Shown in pieces: positions 1 to 8,881 of a stretch of DNA of 64,000 nt. Every line of letters starts with the position of its first letter. Within the stretch, counting starts at the first letter, position 1. The position numbers were made by a program, and so were the translations under genes. The stretch covers positions 1 to 64,000 of the IMG/VR virus record IMGVR_UViG_3300017917_002765. One strand, 5' to 3'. Below the pieces are notes generated by a model. That model was not told the origin of the DNA and did not search any database. It saw only the letters and a program-made list of their open reading frames with translations. This DNA is from a virus.

Positions 1-111
1 ATTTTTGTTTACAAATTTCGTAATAATTAGTTTTTTCCATGTTCTAAAACATTGATAATTAATTAGTTTTGAAAAGGTGTGTCTATATACTAGTTATAAA
101 CAATAAATAAA

Positions 112-387
112 TTAAGAGTCAGGAAGTATTGAATCCTTTATCATATTTTTTGGTAAAGCCAAAAACATAAAGATACCACAAAACATAGCACTACCATACA
201 TCAATACCTCACCCAATAATTGAAAATCAGTCAATCTACCTCTCTTATATGTAATTGGTGATGTAGTATCAAGTGATTCTATATTATGTTTTCTCACATA
301 CCATCTGATTTTCAATGACCAAAAAATAAGATAAAGGTATATAGGTAGCCAATAAATCACCATTCCAATTATAATCAAGTTTTCCAT
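112..387 (-). CDS. Cassette-borne small membrane protein
   Basis: 91 aa ORF with two hydrophobic segments, between attC-like cores. Confidence 0.7.
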   Translation of the reverse strand: MENLIIIGMVIYWLPIYLYLIFWSLKIRWYVRKHNIESLDTTSPITYKRGRLTDFQLLGEVLMYGSAMFCGIFMFLALPKNMIKDSILPDS

Positions 388-405
388 TTTTAATTTATTT
401 ACAGT

Positions 406-491
406 TTATAACAGCAAATATAAGAAATAAATTTTGATTTATCTTTTTTTTTATAGGAAAAATTTACTTCTCATATTTGCAACCGTTATAA
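406..491. repeat. attC-like site 1
   Basis: ttataac-a-gcaaatataagaaataaatttt ... aaaatttacttctcatatttgc-aacc-gttataa. Confidence 0.8.
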
Positions 492-710
492 TTAATTTGA
501 AAGTCTTTTCATATAACCGCCTTTAATTCCGTTTATTATTGCTTGTTCAGTCATAGAATTTTTCCATTTTTCATATAACTTACCTTTAAATATAACATTC
601 TCAGCTTCTATATAATACCATTCAAAATTCTCTTCCTTTATTATATCTGATATAATAAACTCTTTATTGTTTTTTACATCTAAAAATCTATCACCCTTGT
701 TAATTTCCAT
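492..710 (-). CDS. Cassette-borne hypothetical protein
   Basis: 72 aa ORF filling the space between sites 1 and 2. Confidence 0.75.
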   Translation of the reverse strand: MEINKGDRFLDVKNNKEFIISDIIKEENFEWYYIEAENVIFKGKLYEKWKNSMTEQAIINGIKGGYMKRLSN

Positions 711-720
711 ATCAAACTAA

Positions 721-840
721 TTATAACAACAAATATAAAACATTTTATTCATATTTCAAAATAAAGTTTATACTAATTGTTGAGTTATTTATTCTATTTA
801 AGTTCCGTGTTAAAACGTTTTATATTTGCAACCGTTATAT
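721..840. repeat. attC-like site 2
   Basis: ttataac-aa-caaatataaaacatttta ... taaaacgttttatatttg-caacc-gttatat. Confidence 0.8.
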
Positions 841-926
841 GCAATGCTACGTTTATCCTTCGTATTAAGTTTCGTGGTTATAATCTTTTTGTTTTATTTT
901 TTCACCCACCGCACAAATATAAAAAA

Positions 927-1985
927 TTAATATTCAAAATTAAGGTAATTATTAATAATATTTTTAAAACCACTACCAAACAAATATTTTAATATTGAAT
1001 ATGGATTAGCGAAATTTTCATTAGACATATTGTATATTGGGTGTTCATCTTCATTATCTTCATCATACTCAATAAAATCGCCATATTCATCCGTTAATGG
1101 TTTTATTAAAACGTGCATAAATTTTTCCGAATCAGATTTTTCTCTAAAATCAATTAAAACATATACCATATCATTATGACTATAATTATTCCATTGCCTA
1201 TATGCGTTATCAAAACCCGAACCGTATGTGAAACACCATAATGAATTACACCCTATTGCTTTTATCCCGTCTGGAGAATCTACTCTAACAATCATTATGT
1301 TACCCTTTTCATAAATAATTTCAAAATCCTCACTTTCAGATAATTTTTTAATATCATCTCTCGTAAATTCAACACCACCAATAAAATTTTCTTTTTCATC
1401 AACAAAACGCATTAATTGTTCTAATGTCGTATTACCTTTAAACATTTTCCTTAATATTTTTATTTGTGTATCTTTATCACGATTACCCAATAATGAATAA
1501 TGACTCATAAAATATTCCAAATCATTTAAATACTTACTTAATTCTGAACTTGTCCTATCTTTACGAATATCCTCTTTTAAATTTCTCGTTGCAATTGATG
1601 GGAGTTTTTTTATTTCGGCTATAATATTTCTTCTTTTTTCTAATCCCACTATAATATTATATATGTTTGATGAATTATATACATCATATCCAATTATTGG
1701 ATATACATTTTTATTATAACTTAAAGCATCATTATACAATAATTTTAATCTTTTAATTAATTCAGTTTTATTATATGAATTCCCTTTCAAATTAAAATAA
1801 AAGTCAGAAATTAATTTTGTGTAATTATTTCCTTTGGTGATATTTAAAATTATATCTTTTTCTTCTTTAGATAATTTTCCCGTGTTAAAATAAATTTTAT
1901 CAGCTAATTGAACGTTCTCTTTCAATATTTGCTGTTCATTCAAATATTCACGTATAGTAGTTGCTATAAATTTTCTTAGTTCCAT
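927..1985 (-). CDS. Cassette-borne hypothetical phage protein
   Basis: 352 aa; N-terminus IATTIREYLNE; upstream ATATTTATA motif; GCNSLWC motif. Confidence 0.8.
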   Translation of the reverse strand: MELRKFIATTIREYLNEQQILKENVQLADKIYFNTGKLSKEEKDIILNITKGNNYTKLISDFYFNLKGNSYNKTELIKRLKLLYNDALSYNKNVYPIIGYDVYNSSNIYNIIVGLEKRRNIIAEIKKLPSIATRNLKEDIRKDRTSSELSKYLNDLEYFMSHYSLLGNRDKDTQIKILRKMFKGNTTLEQLMRFVDEKENFIGGVEFTRDDIKKLSESEDFEIIYEKGNIMIVRVDSPDGIKAIGCNSLWCFTYGSGFDNAYRQWNNYSHNDMVYVLIDFREKSDSEKFMHVLIKPLTDEYGDFIEYDEDNEDEHPIYNMSNENFANPYSILKYLFGSGFKNIINNYLNFEY

Positions 1986-2105
1986 AATAATAATAAATAG
2001 TTTTATTCTATATATAAATATTCAAATTTTAAATTTCCGCCCACAAAAAATAAAACAAAAAGGTTTATTTCTCGTATCAAGGTTTGTCTATTAAAACCGC
2101 ACTGC

Positions 2106-2233
2106 ATATAACAAGGTGTATATGTAATGTGAGGTTCAGTGGTATGTTCAAGTTCATCATTCTAATCAACATTTGAGGTTAGTCAAGTGTGATAGTTCTA
2201 ATCTCACACTACATATACACCCAACCGTTATAA
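2106..2233. repeat. attC-like site 3
   Basis: atataac-aa-ggtgtatatgtaatgtgag ... ctcacactacatatacacc-caacc-gttataa. Confidence 0.8.
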
Positions 2234-2249
2234 GCAATAAAAATTACTA

Positions 2250-2447
2250 TTAGCGTTCCTTCCCTGTCATATAATTTATTTCAATATCCTTTTTACCTGC
2301 AAGTGCGTTCTTTGCATATTCATACGCTTGTCTTACTTGTCTATCGTGGCAAGTAACACCCTTACTGCTTTCGTGGATGTTTGAAGTTATCCGTAACGCT
2401 TCAATTATCGTTTCTAATTGAAATTTGTAAATTGTAATTTCTTCCAT
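2250..2447 (-). CDS. Cassette-borne hypothetical protein
   Basis: 65 aa ORF between sites 3 and 4. Confidence 0.7.
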   Translation of the reverse strand: MEEITIYKFQLETIIEALRITSNIHESSKGVTCHDRQVRQAYEYAKNALAGKKDIEINYMTGKER

Positions 2448-2481
2448 TCTATTTAGTTTATCGTTAGTAATTTTTATCAGC

Positions 2482-2545
2482 GTATAACAGCACCTTAGCG
2501 TCAGCTTCGTTCCTCAGCCGAACGCCAAGCTGCAAAACGTTATAA
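2482..2545. repeat. attC-like site 4 (short, closest to a canonical attC)
   Basis: gtataac-a-gcaccttagcgtcagc ... gccgaacgccaagctgc-aaaac-gttataa. Confidence 0.75.
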
Positions 2546-2560
2546 CCAATACTACTTTGA

Positions 2561-2818
2561 TTAAGGATTCAAAACAATATAATTAGGTGTTGATGGTTCA
2601 AGATTAATACCTTTAACTTCATACAGTTCACCATAGTTATTTACAGTCTTAACTAAAACATTACCTTTCTTGGTTTTTCTATAAACACCAATTTTATCTT
2701 CTAAGTCATTGAAGTATAATTCACCAAATTTAACACTTGATAAAGGTAATGTAACCTCATTACCGAAAATAAACTGACTAACTCGTTCCATAATTTTATT
2801 GTTTAATTTGTTTAACAA
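2561..2818 (-). CDS. Cassette-borne hypothetical protein (start may be MERV)
   Basis: ORF between sites 4 and 5 with its own TACCTTTG promoter element at 2821-2828. Confidence 0.7.
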   Translation of the reverse strand: MLNKLNNKIMERVSQFIFGNEVTLPLSSVKFGELYFNDLEDKIGVYRKTKKGNVLVKTVNNYGELYEVKGINLEPSTPNYIVLNP

Positions 2819-2878
2819 TACAAAGGTAATAAAAATAAATGAGATAAAAAAATATTTAACAAAATAAATCCGTACTGG

Positions 2879-2973
2879 TTATAACAAGGTGTATAAGAAA
2901 GTTTGCTATCAGCATTTGTGGTTAATTTGAAAGTTCATCTAAGCAAACCTTCTCATACACCCAACCGTTATAT
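2879..2973. repeat. attC-like site 5
   Basis: ttataac-aa-ggtgtataagaaagtttgct ... agcaaaccttctcatacacc-caacc-gttatat. Confidence 0.8.
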
Positions 2974-2991
2974 TCAATATCAAAAATTTTA

Positions 2992-3201
2992 TTAATTTAC
3001 TTCACGTTTCTTAACAATGAAATGAAGACCACACCAACCACTTTTTCTCTCATCTTCTGTTGTCTGTTCCTTCCATAATTTATCTGCTTCTTTATCTGCC
3101 ATATCTTTATCAAAAAATAATAATCCTGTTGAATACTCTACATCAGGTGATTCAACTAAACCTAATCCCACTACTTTTACTATTTCAAATATATTTTTCA
3201 T
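2992..3201 (-). CDS. Cassette-borne hypothetical protein
   Basis: 69 aa ORF between sites 5 and 6. Confidence 0.7.
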   Translation of the reverse strand: MKNIFEIVKVVGLGLVESPDVEYSTGLLFFDKDMADKEADKLWKEQTTEDERKSGWCGLHFIVKKREVN

Positions 3202-3224
3202 TTGTATAAAATTTTTGATACTAA

Positions 3225-3309
3225 ATATAACAACAAATATAAGAAATAAATTTTGATTTATCTATTTTTTAATGAAAAGATTTACTTCTCATATTTGCAA
3301 ACGTTATGT
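3225..3309. repeat. attC-like site 6 (near copy of site 1)
   Basis: atataac..caaatataagaaataaa ... tttacttctcatatttgcaaac-gttatgt. Confidence 0.8.
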
Positions 3310-3313
3310 GCCA

Positions 3314-3430
3314 TTAAAGACTACCTATAATTCCAACGGCTACACCACATAAAAAGACCAGTAACCAAGCTAAGTTCCATTGCCAGTCTTTGTATTGAAA
3401 CTCTCCGTGTTTTGTTTTAATTGTTACCAT
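3314..3430 (-). CDS. Cassette-borne 38 aa membrane peptide (not in ORF track)
   Basis: Hand translation MVTIKTKHGEFQYKDWQWNLAWLLVFLCGVAVGIIGSL; fills the unit between sites 6 and 7. Confidence 0.6.
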   Translation of the reverse strand: MVTIKTKHGEFQYKDWQWNLAWLLVFLCGVAVGIIGSL

Positions 3431-3448
3431 TTTGATAAGATTAACGGC

Positions 3449-3544
3449 ACATAACAAGGGTTTTGCGTAATAGCCCTATCAAGTGTCGTGGTTAATTTTA
3501 AGTTTATACTAAGGGCTACTACGCAAAGCCCCGAACCGTTAGAC
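3449..3544. repeat. attC-like site 7
   Basis: acataac-aa-gggttttgcgtaatagccct ... agggctactacgcaaagccc-cgaacc-gttagac. Confidence 0.8.
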
Positions 3545-3787
3545 AACATTTAGAATATCTTCCAGTTCCTTAATTAACTTATCACAAGTATATTCGTAAA
3601 AATTTCTTGTTTCTGAACTTATGCTCATTCTAATCGGTGAGTTCTTATTCTTTTCAATTTCACCATAGAAATTTTTACGTTGTTCTTTCAATTGAACAAT
3701 TCGAGTAATTAAACGTTGTCTAACATCAGATATATGTAATTTTTTATCTATGTTATCAACTTCTGTGTTCTTATTATCTTTATTCAT
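3539..3787 (-). CDS. Cassette-borne hypothetical protein starting inside site 8
   Basis: LHISDV is encoded by the repeat arm; the stop codon lies in the core of site 7. Confidence 0.7.
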   Translation of the reverse strand: MNKDNKNTEVDNIDKKLHISDVRQRLITRIVQLKEQRKNFYGEIEKNKNSPIRMSISSETRNFYEYTCDKLIKELEDILNVV

Positions 3788-3848
3788 ATTTTTAAAGTTT
3801 TGTATTTCAATTTAAGAAAAAACTACATATATCTGAGTATCGTTAGAA
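3718..3848. repeat. attC-like site 8; its loop holds the start of ORF 3539..3787
   Basis: gtctaac-a-tcagatatatgtaattttt ... aaaaactacatatatctga-gtatc-gttagaa. Confidence 0.75.
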
Positions 3849-3857
3849 GTAATGAAA

Positions 3858-4088
3858 CTATTTCATAAACCCAGCATTCACCAAGTCATTAATTATCTCA
3901 TTCGCTAAATCAGCGTGATAATTCATTTCTTCAACTTCTGTTAAGTTATACATCTTTAAGCAGTTTATTACTATCTTACGAGCATCAATAGTTTCACTAC
4001 TTCTAACATCAGATATATTGGAGTTTTCTGATTCAGTTAGTCTGAACTTGTTAAATTTGTCTATGTGTTGTCTCATTTCTTTGCTCAT
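3858..4088 (-). CDS. Cassette-borne hypothetical protein starting inside site 9
   Basis: NISDV is encoded by the repeat arm. Confidence 0.7.
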   Translation of the reverse strand: MSKEMRQHIDKFNKFRLTESENSNISDVRSSETIDARKIVINCLKMYNLTEVEEMNYHADLANEIINDLVNAGFMK

Positions 4089-4144
4089 AATTTTATTTTA
4101 TATATAAATATCAGAAAACCTAAATATATCTGTAACCGTTATAT
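4001..4144. repeat. attC-like site 9; its loop holds a promoter motif and the start of ORF 3858..4088
   Basis: ttctaac-at-cagatatattggagttttctga ... tcagaaaacctaaatatatctg-taacc-gttatat. Confidence 0.75.
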
Positions 4145-4150
4145 GCAATG

Positions 4151-4411
4151 TTATTTTTGTTTTGATTTTATTAAATATTCTATTGAACTTTGATAGAAAT
4201 CATCTTTAAAAAATTTCAGTGATTCAATGATTCTACTTTCCAATTCATCGGAATTTTCTATTAGATTACTGTTATCATCCTTCGGCATACCATCATATAA
4301 TCTACCTTCTGTTGTAGTTCTTATTCTATGGTCAAAACAGAAAATTCCTTCGTCTGTGGTTATTTTTATAGTTCCACCATCGAGGAACATTTCAAATTCT
4401 TTAATTTCCAT
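4151..4411 (-). CDS. Cassette-borne hypothetical protein
   Basis: 86 aa ORF (LDGGT motif) between sites 9 and 10. Confidence 0.7.
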   Translation of the reverse strand: MEIKEFEMFLDGGTIKITTDEGIFCFDHRIRTTTEGRLYDGMPKDDNSNLIENSDELESRIIESLKFFKDDFYQSSIEYLIKSKQK

Positions 4412-4451
4412 AATTTATATTTTTTACAAGGTAAAACAAAAATAACACATC

Positions 4452-4505
4452 ATATAACAAATGATAAACAACATTAAAACGATTGTTTATCATCAGACGT
4501 TAGTT
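4452..4505. repeat. attC-like site 10
   Basis: atataac-aa-atgataaacaa ... ttgtttatcat-cagac-gttagtt. Confidence 0.75.
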
Positions 4506-4509
4506 GTAA

Positions 4510-4668
4510 TTATTCTAACCCATTACGTTCAGCCCATTCTCTATCTTTTTCTCGTTTAATTAAAGCTACATCACCTATTAAATCAATATAACTACAACTA
4601 ACATCAGATATATGTAATTTTTCATTACTCTTATCCAAGTTTTGTTCTAAATTTTTACTTTCTTCCAT
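4510..4668 (-). CDS. Cassette-borne 52 aa protein (not in ORF track)
   Basis: Hand translation MEESKNLEQNLDKSNEKLHISDVSCSYIDLIGDVALIKREKDREWAERNGLE. Confidence 0.55.
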   Translation of the reverse strand: MEESKNLEQNLDKSNEKLHISDVSCSYIDLIGDVALIKREKDREWAERNGLE

Positions 4669-4690
4669 TTTATTAAATTTTGTGTTATGT
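4596..4690. repeat. Degenerate attC-like site 11 (one arm missing)
   Basis: Left arm aactaacatcagatatatgtaatttt matches site 8. Only gttatgt remains on the right. Confidence 0.55.
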
Positions 4691-4694
4691 GCAA

Positions 4695-4904
4695 TTAATC
4701 AAACGTAACCTCTTGACTATCGGATTTATTAACGAACTTGCAAAGTTTCTTTAAATCTTCACTTGGATTTTCAAATCCTAATTGTAGGTTTTTAAGAATT
4801 GTAATCAAATCCTCTTGGGTTTTAACCTTATCCCAATCAATAACGTAATGTTTTAAGAAATACATAATTTTAAGTTTTAACTGCCTATAACAGCGTATAT
4901 ACAA
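4695..4904 (-). CDS. Cassette-borne hypothetical protein (start may be MYFLK)
   Basis: ORF between sites 11 and 12. Confidence 0.6.
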   Translation of the reverse strand: MYIRCYRQLKLKIMYFLKHYVIDWDKVKTQEDLITILKNLQLGFENPSEDLKKLCKFVNKSDSQEVTFD

Positions 4905-4979
4905 GATACACCTACAAGCATTTGTTTATAATTTGAAATTTATCGTTTGGCGTACCTCGTATATACCAAACCGTTACAC
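4885..4979. repeat. attC-like site 12
   Basis: ctataac-agc-gtatatacaagatacacc ... ggcgtacctcgtatatac-caaacc-gttacac. Confidence 0.75.
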
Positions 4980-5201
4980 AATCTGCTTGTTACAAACAGA
5001 ACAAACGCACTTACCGTTCATAATGGGAGTACCTCTAACAACACTACATGTACAAAAATTATTATCTGAACCCATTTGTAATTCCATAAATTTTTCATAC
5101 GCTTTACAAAAAGCCCAATGTTCTCTTTGTAAATCCTTATCTTCTAAGCAACGCTCAATTTGTCGCTCAAGCCAATTTACGTAAGTGTTCATTGGGTTCA
5201 A
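4974..5201 (-). CDS. Small protein with a C-terminal Cys cluster
   Basis: CTC..KCVCSVC; the stop codon overlaps the core of site 12. Confidence 0.6.
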   Translation of the reverse strand: MNPMNTYVNWLERQIERCLEDKDLQREHWAFCKAYEKFMELQMGSDNNFCTCSVVRGTPIMNGKCVCSVCNKQIV

Positions 5202-5227
5202 AGTTTAAAACAATTCGTATTTTGTTG

Positions 5228-5614
5228 TTATTTCAATTTAACAATCCACTCAACAGCTAATTCATTTGGATTCACAAGCTTGGTTGATACGTCAAACTTA
5301 CAGAAGATGTGTTTGTAGGCTTCCAATACCTTTGGTTTTAAATCGGTTGAACCAAAACCAATAACGCTTAGATTTGCTTTATAATGGCTTGAATTTGTTG
5401 TAAAAACTACCACACTCTTTGCACCAGCTTTTTTAGCATCAGAAATATTTTGTAGGATTCCATCAAGAACCTTATTTCCAGTTGATTTGGTAGGAGTTGT
5501 CTTTTTAGCAACAGTTTTGGTTGCTGTAGGTTTTACTGTTTTAGTAGCTTTGGTAGCTGTTGACTTTGTGGTTTTGCTAGCTTTGGTTGCTGTCTTTTTA
5601 GTAGATTTACTCAT
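5228..5614 (-). CDS. Protein with a histone-H1-like K/T/A-rich N-terminus
   Basis: Low-complexity TKKTATKASK repeats. Confidence 0.65.
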   Translation of the reverse strand: MSKSTKKTATKASKTTKSTATKATKTVKPTATKTVAKKTTPTKSTGNKVLDGILQNISDAKKAGAKSVVVFTTNSSHYKANLSVIGFGSTDLKPKVLEAYKHIFCKFDVSTKLVNPNELAVEWIVKLK

Positions 5615-5673
5615 TTTGTTTTTTGTTTAGAATACAAATGTATGAAATTTATTTTAGTTTTCCAAGTTTTATA

Positions 5674-6288
5674 TTACTTTTTTTTTAGAACATGCTTTAA
5701 TCGGTTATTCAACAACGTAATAGTTGCCCTAATATCCCTATAATCTTCATCAGTAAGAATTGGTTTATCTGTAAGCATATCATTAATAAGCCTCTTATTA
5801 AGATTAACATATGTGTTTTTGAGGTCATTGATTGCTAATGCAGTTAATTGAGCATTGGTGGCTTTTCCACCTTGATTCTGAACATCTTTTTCAATTAATT
5901 CTTTTCCATATCTCCTTGGCAGCTTAACTTCTTTTTTAGATTTCCTAGTTTTTTTAACTGGCTCCATGGGTTCTTCTATGGCTTCAACCACTGGTTCTTC
6001 TACCTTTACAGATACTTCACTGGTGTTGGTCAGACGTAAATATTTGTCAATTAGATTTGGCTTTGTAAGGATGATTTTGTCGAAGATGCTTCTGAGGTTT
6101 TCTTTGGTTGTATCGGACAATTTGTTTTCCTTTGAAAGTGTCCTTAGCATGTTAAAAGACATATTCGTATCATCCATTAATATAAATGTCAAATCAGAAT
6201 CTTGTTCAATAACACCAAGTGTTGCCAATTCATTATAATCCAATTCAGTTATCTTTTCTACAATTTTTGCCATTTCTTTTTTTTTCAA
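5674..6288 (-). CDS. Hypothetical protein
   Basis: 204 aa ORF. Confidence 0.7.
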   Translation of the reverse strand: MKKKEMAKIVEKITELDYNELATLGVIEQDSDLTFILMDDTNMSFNMLRTLSKENKLSDTTKENLRSIFDKIILTKPNLIDKYLRLTNTSEVSVKVEEPVVEAIEEPMEPVKKTRKSKKEVKLPRRYGKELIEKDVQNQGGKATNAQLTALAINDLKNTYVNLNKRLINDMLTDKPILTDEDYRDIRATITLLNNRLKHVLKKK

Positions 6289-6455
6289 ATGTACAAATAG
6301 TTTTTTAAATTTGCAAATAATTTTTACCTAAAAATAATTTGTAATTGAGAAATCTTTTGCTTACCTTTGTATCACTACAATACGTGTGGACCTACCACAC
6401 ATACCAGTCATGTATCTCAATGTCTAACTGACAATTGGGAAGATTCTATTACAAC

Positions 6456-6481
6456 AAAAATCCCCGTCTAAGCGGGGATTT
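6456..6481 (-). terminator. Intrinsic terminator
   Basis: AAATCCCCGC-TTA-GACGGGGATTTTT hairpin with U tract right after the stop of ORF 6485..6808. Confidence 0.7.
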
Positions 6482-6484
6482 GGA

Positions 6485-6808
6485 TTATTTTTTAGCAGTG
6501 TTGATGGCTTTTAGAACTGAAGCCCTCTCTTTATTATCAAACACGTACAAACTACCTGTTTCTTTGTTCTTTTTTCTATATAATTTTTTGCTAAATAAAG
6601 ATTCTGCTGTCTTATCACCTTTTTGTCCCAATCCAGACAATTGCATGATGTCCGCTTGGCTGGGAGAACCTAAACCTTTAAAAGCGTTTAGGATTTCGGC
6701 ATATTCAGCATCTAAACGTTTAGCACCTTTCTTTTCATCTGTTTCAGCCTCATTAATCAGAGGCATCAAAGACTCTCTTAGTTTGTCTTTTATAGTTGAT
6801 TTTTCCAT
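6485..6808 (-). CDS. Hypothetical protein, IKxxLRE N-terminal family
   Basis: IKDKLRESL; upstream GATATTTAT. Confidence 0.7.
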   Translation of the reverse strand: MEKSTIKDKLRESLMPLINEAETDEKKGAKRLDAEYAEILNAFKGLGSPSQADIMQLSGLGQKGDKTAESLFSKKLYRKKNKETGSLYVFDNKERASVLKAINTAKK

Positions 6809-6877
6809 TTATTTTCCTTTATCAAATAAATATCTGAAAGTATTGAAAAATATTAACTTTATCCTTTTATGTACACT

Positions 6878-7228
6878 TTAGTGTACATGAAGTGGTGTAT
6901 AATCATAAGTATTAAAAAACGTCTGGTTGTTCTCTAGTAACTCATTCATTTGAGTTGCGCTGAGTTCTATGTCAATGCCTTGTTTGTAAAGTATTTCTTT
7001 AATAACCACAATTCGATTATTAAGTAAAATATCTTGTTGCTCACACCAAATGTCAAATATTGATAATGCTTCAGTTTCTGATATATCAAAAATCTCGTAT
7101 ATGGACTTAATTACATCTGACAATTTCTCATCATTATCATAAATCCTATCTCTAATCAAAAAATCATTATACGTTGTTACTTTAAACCTATAGTTTTTAT
7201 TGAGATATTTCAACACGATTTCTTTCAT
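6878..7228 (-). CDS. Hypothetical protein
   Basis: 116 aa; N-terminus resembles 11527..11970 (KYLxKxY). Confidence 0.65.
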   Translation of the reverse strand: MKEIVLKYLNKNYRFKVTTYNDFLIRDRIYDNDEKLSDVIKSIYEIFDISETEALSIFDIWCEQQDILLNNRIVVIKEILYKQGIDIELSATQMNELLENNQTFFNTYDYTPLHVH

Positions 7229-7231
7229 ATA

Positions 7232-8137
7232 TTAGTTGTAATCTATGTTTGATTTCTCTAACACTTTACGAAGCTTAACAAGACTTTTCTGACGAACTTG
7301 TCTCACCATTTCACGAGTGATACCTACTTCATCACTAACATCTTTTAGGGTTCTAGGTAAATCTCCATCTAACCCAAACAAACCAACCATAATTTTACGG
7401 TCTCTTGGTTTAAGCATGTTTAAAACTTTATTCAATTCGTTCTTAACATCTTGTGTTATCAATTCGTGGTCAACAGACTTGAATGTAGAGTCGTCTGATA
7501 GCGTTTCTGACAATAAAGTACCGTCACCTTCATCTCCGCTAATATCACGGTCTAATGAATCCATATTGTAGTTGTTAAGAACATCCAAAAATTCATATTC
7601 AGAAGTTACTTTTTGAATTGAAGTTTTTTCATCAAGAGCCAAGTCTTTTCCGTATTCATTTATTACTTCTTCTATTGAAACCTTTCTACCAAGCTTTTGC
7701 TCAAGTTGATGAATTTGCTTATCCAATTTTGACAAACTATTTATTTTGTTTGCAGGTATGCGAACCAAACGACCATGTTTTGACAGGTGCTCCATGATAA
7801 CTTTACGAATCCACCAAATAGCATAAGAAATAAACTTAAAACCCATTTCTGGTTTAAAGCGTTCAGCAGCCATAATCAATCCAATATTACCCTCATTAAC
7901 AAGGTCTTCTAATGGGTTTAGTGGCGTTGCGTATTGTTTTGCAACAGAAATAACAAAACGCAAATTTCTACGAACCAATTCATTTATAGCTTCTTGGTCA
8001 CCAGCGCTAGCTTTTTGTGTATAGATAGCTTCTTCTTGTGGTGTCAATACACTGATTTCAGCAACCTCTTTAAGGTATTGGTTGAAAGAGCCATTTGCTC
8101 TATTGGTTACTTTACCTGTAATTACAAATTGTTTCAT
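7232..8137 (-). CDS. RNA polymerase sigma-70 family factor (RpoD/RpoH-like)
   Basis: NLRFVISVAKQY, DLVNEGNIGL, KFISYAIWWIR, and region 4 TLKDVS..GITREMVRQ. Confidence 0.95.
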   Translation of the reverse strand: MKQFVITGKVTNRANGSFNQYLKEVAEISVLTPQEEAIYTQKASAGDQEAINELVRRNLRFVISVAKQYATPLNPLEDLVNEGNIGLIMAAERFKPEMGFKFISYAIWWIRKVIMEHLSKHGRLVRIPANKINSLSKLDKQIHQLEQKLGRKVSIEEVINEYGKDLALDEKTSIQKVTSEYEFLDVLNNYNMDSLDRDISGDEGDGTLLSETLSDDSTFKSVDHELITQDVKNELNKVLNMLKPRDRKIMVGLFGLDGDLPRTLKDVSDEVGITREMVRQVRQKSLVKLRKVLEKSNIDYN

Positions 8138-8162
8138 TAATACTTGTTTTATAGTTAAAAAA

Positions 8163-8606
8163 TTAAGAATTCCTCTTTAAGTCTCGCTCGATGTCCTTTT
8201 CTTTAATCGAAGCTTTTTTGTCGTAGTGGTTCTTGCCCTTGGCAAGTCCAATTTCAAGTTTAATAAAACCAGTATCTGACAATATAATTGATAAGGGAAC
8301 AATAGTCAACCCTTTTTGTTTTACCTTATCATGCAATCCTGTTATTTCCTTTTTCTTTAAAAGTAATTTACGGTCTCTTAATGGTTCGTGATTGTTGTGC
8401 TGACCACCTTGTTTGTGTTCAGAAACATGCATGTTCTTGATAAATATATCTCCATCAGCAATTAGACAATATGATTCACTCATATTCACATTGTTAGCCC
8501 TGATTGACTTAACCTCAGAGCCTTTTAGTTGAATACCTGCTGTTAATTGTTCAAGTATTTGGTATTCAAAAAAGGCTCTTTTATTCTTCGTTATTAGTTT
8601 GCTCAT
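8163..8606 (-). CDS. smpB: SsrA-binding protein
   Basis: NKRAFFEY, AGIQLKGSEVKSIR, RDRKLLLKKKEI, GKNHYDKK. Confidence 0.97.
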   Translation of the reverse strand: MSKLITKNKRAFFEYQILEQLTAGIQLKGSEVKSIRANNVNMSESYCLIADGDIFIKNMHVSEHKQGGQHNNHEPLRDRKLLLKKKEITGLHDKVKQKGLTIVPLSIILSDTGFIKLEIGLAKGKNHYDKKASIKEKDIERDLKRNS

Positions 8607-8608
8607 TA

Positions 8609-8881
8609 TTATTGGTTAACTTTTACTATTTTAACATCTATTGAATCACCCACTTTATAAACCTCATTGCTTGAGGTAATAGTTGGTCCATACTTTGTGT
8701 AGAATGTCCATGTTTTATCAAGCGAAACACTATGTGAATTGCTAACTGATATTGAATCGATTCTGACTCTTTCGACTCTATATTTTAACGGAGGTGTATT
8801 TATAGAGAAATATATTAAACTAGAAAAAAAAGCTATTATTATTACTGTTAGAACATATTCTTTAATGTTGGAGAGTTTCAT
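8609..8881 (-). CDS. Membrane-anchored hypothetical protein
   Basis: N-terminal TM segment. Confidence 0.6.
   Translation of the reverse strand: MKLSNIKEYVLTVIIIAFFSSLIYFSINTPPLKYRVERVRIDSISVSNSHSVSLDKTWTFYTKYGPTITSSNEVYKVGDSIDVKIVKVNQ

Larger units (their letters stand above)
93..4979. mobile_element. Integron-like gene cassette array (CALIN-like; no integrase visible in the window)
   Basis: 12 imperfect inverted repeats bounded by ..TAAC and GTTA.. alternate with single short ORFs. Each unit's left GTT core is complementary to its own right AAC core, e.g. gttatgtgcc/ggcacataac, gttagacaac/gttgtctaac, gttagaagta/tacttctaac. Confidence 0.8.

Noticed and set aside
93-4979. CRISPR array
   Set aside because: The repeats are long, divergent palindromes separated by whole ORFs of variable length, and there are no cas genes.
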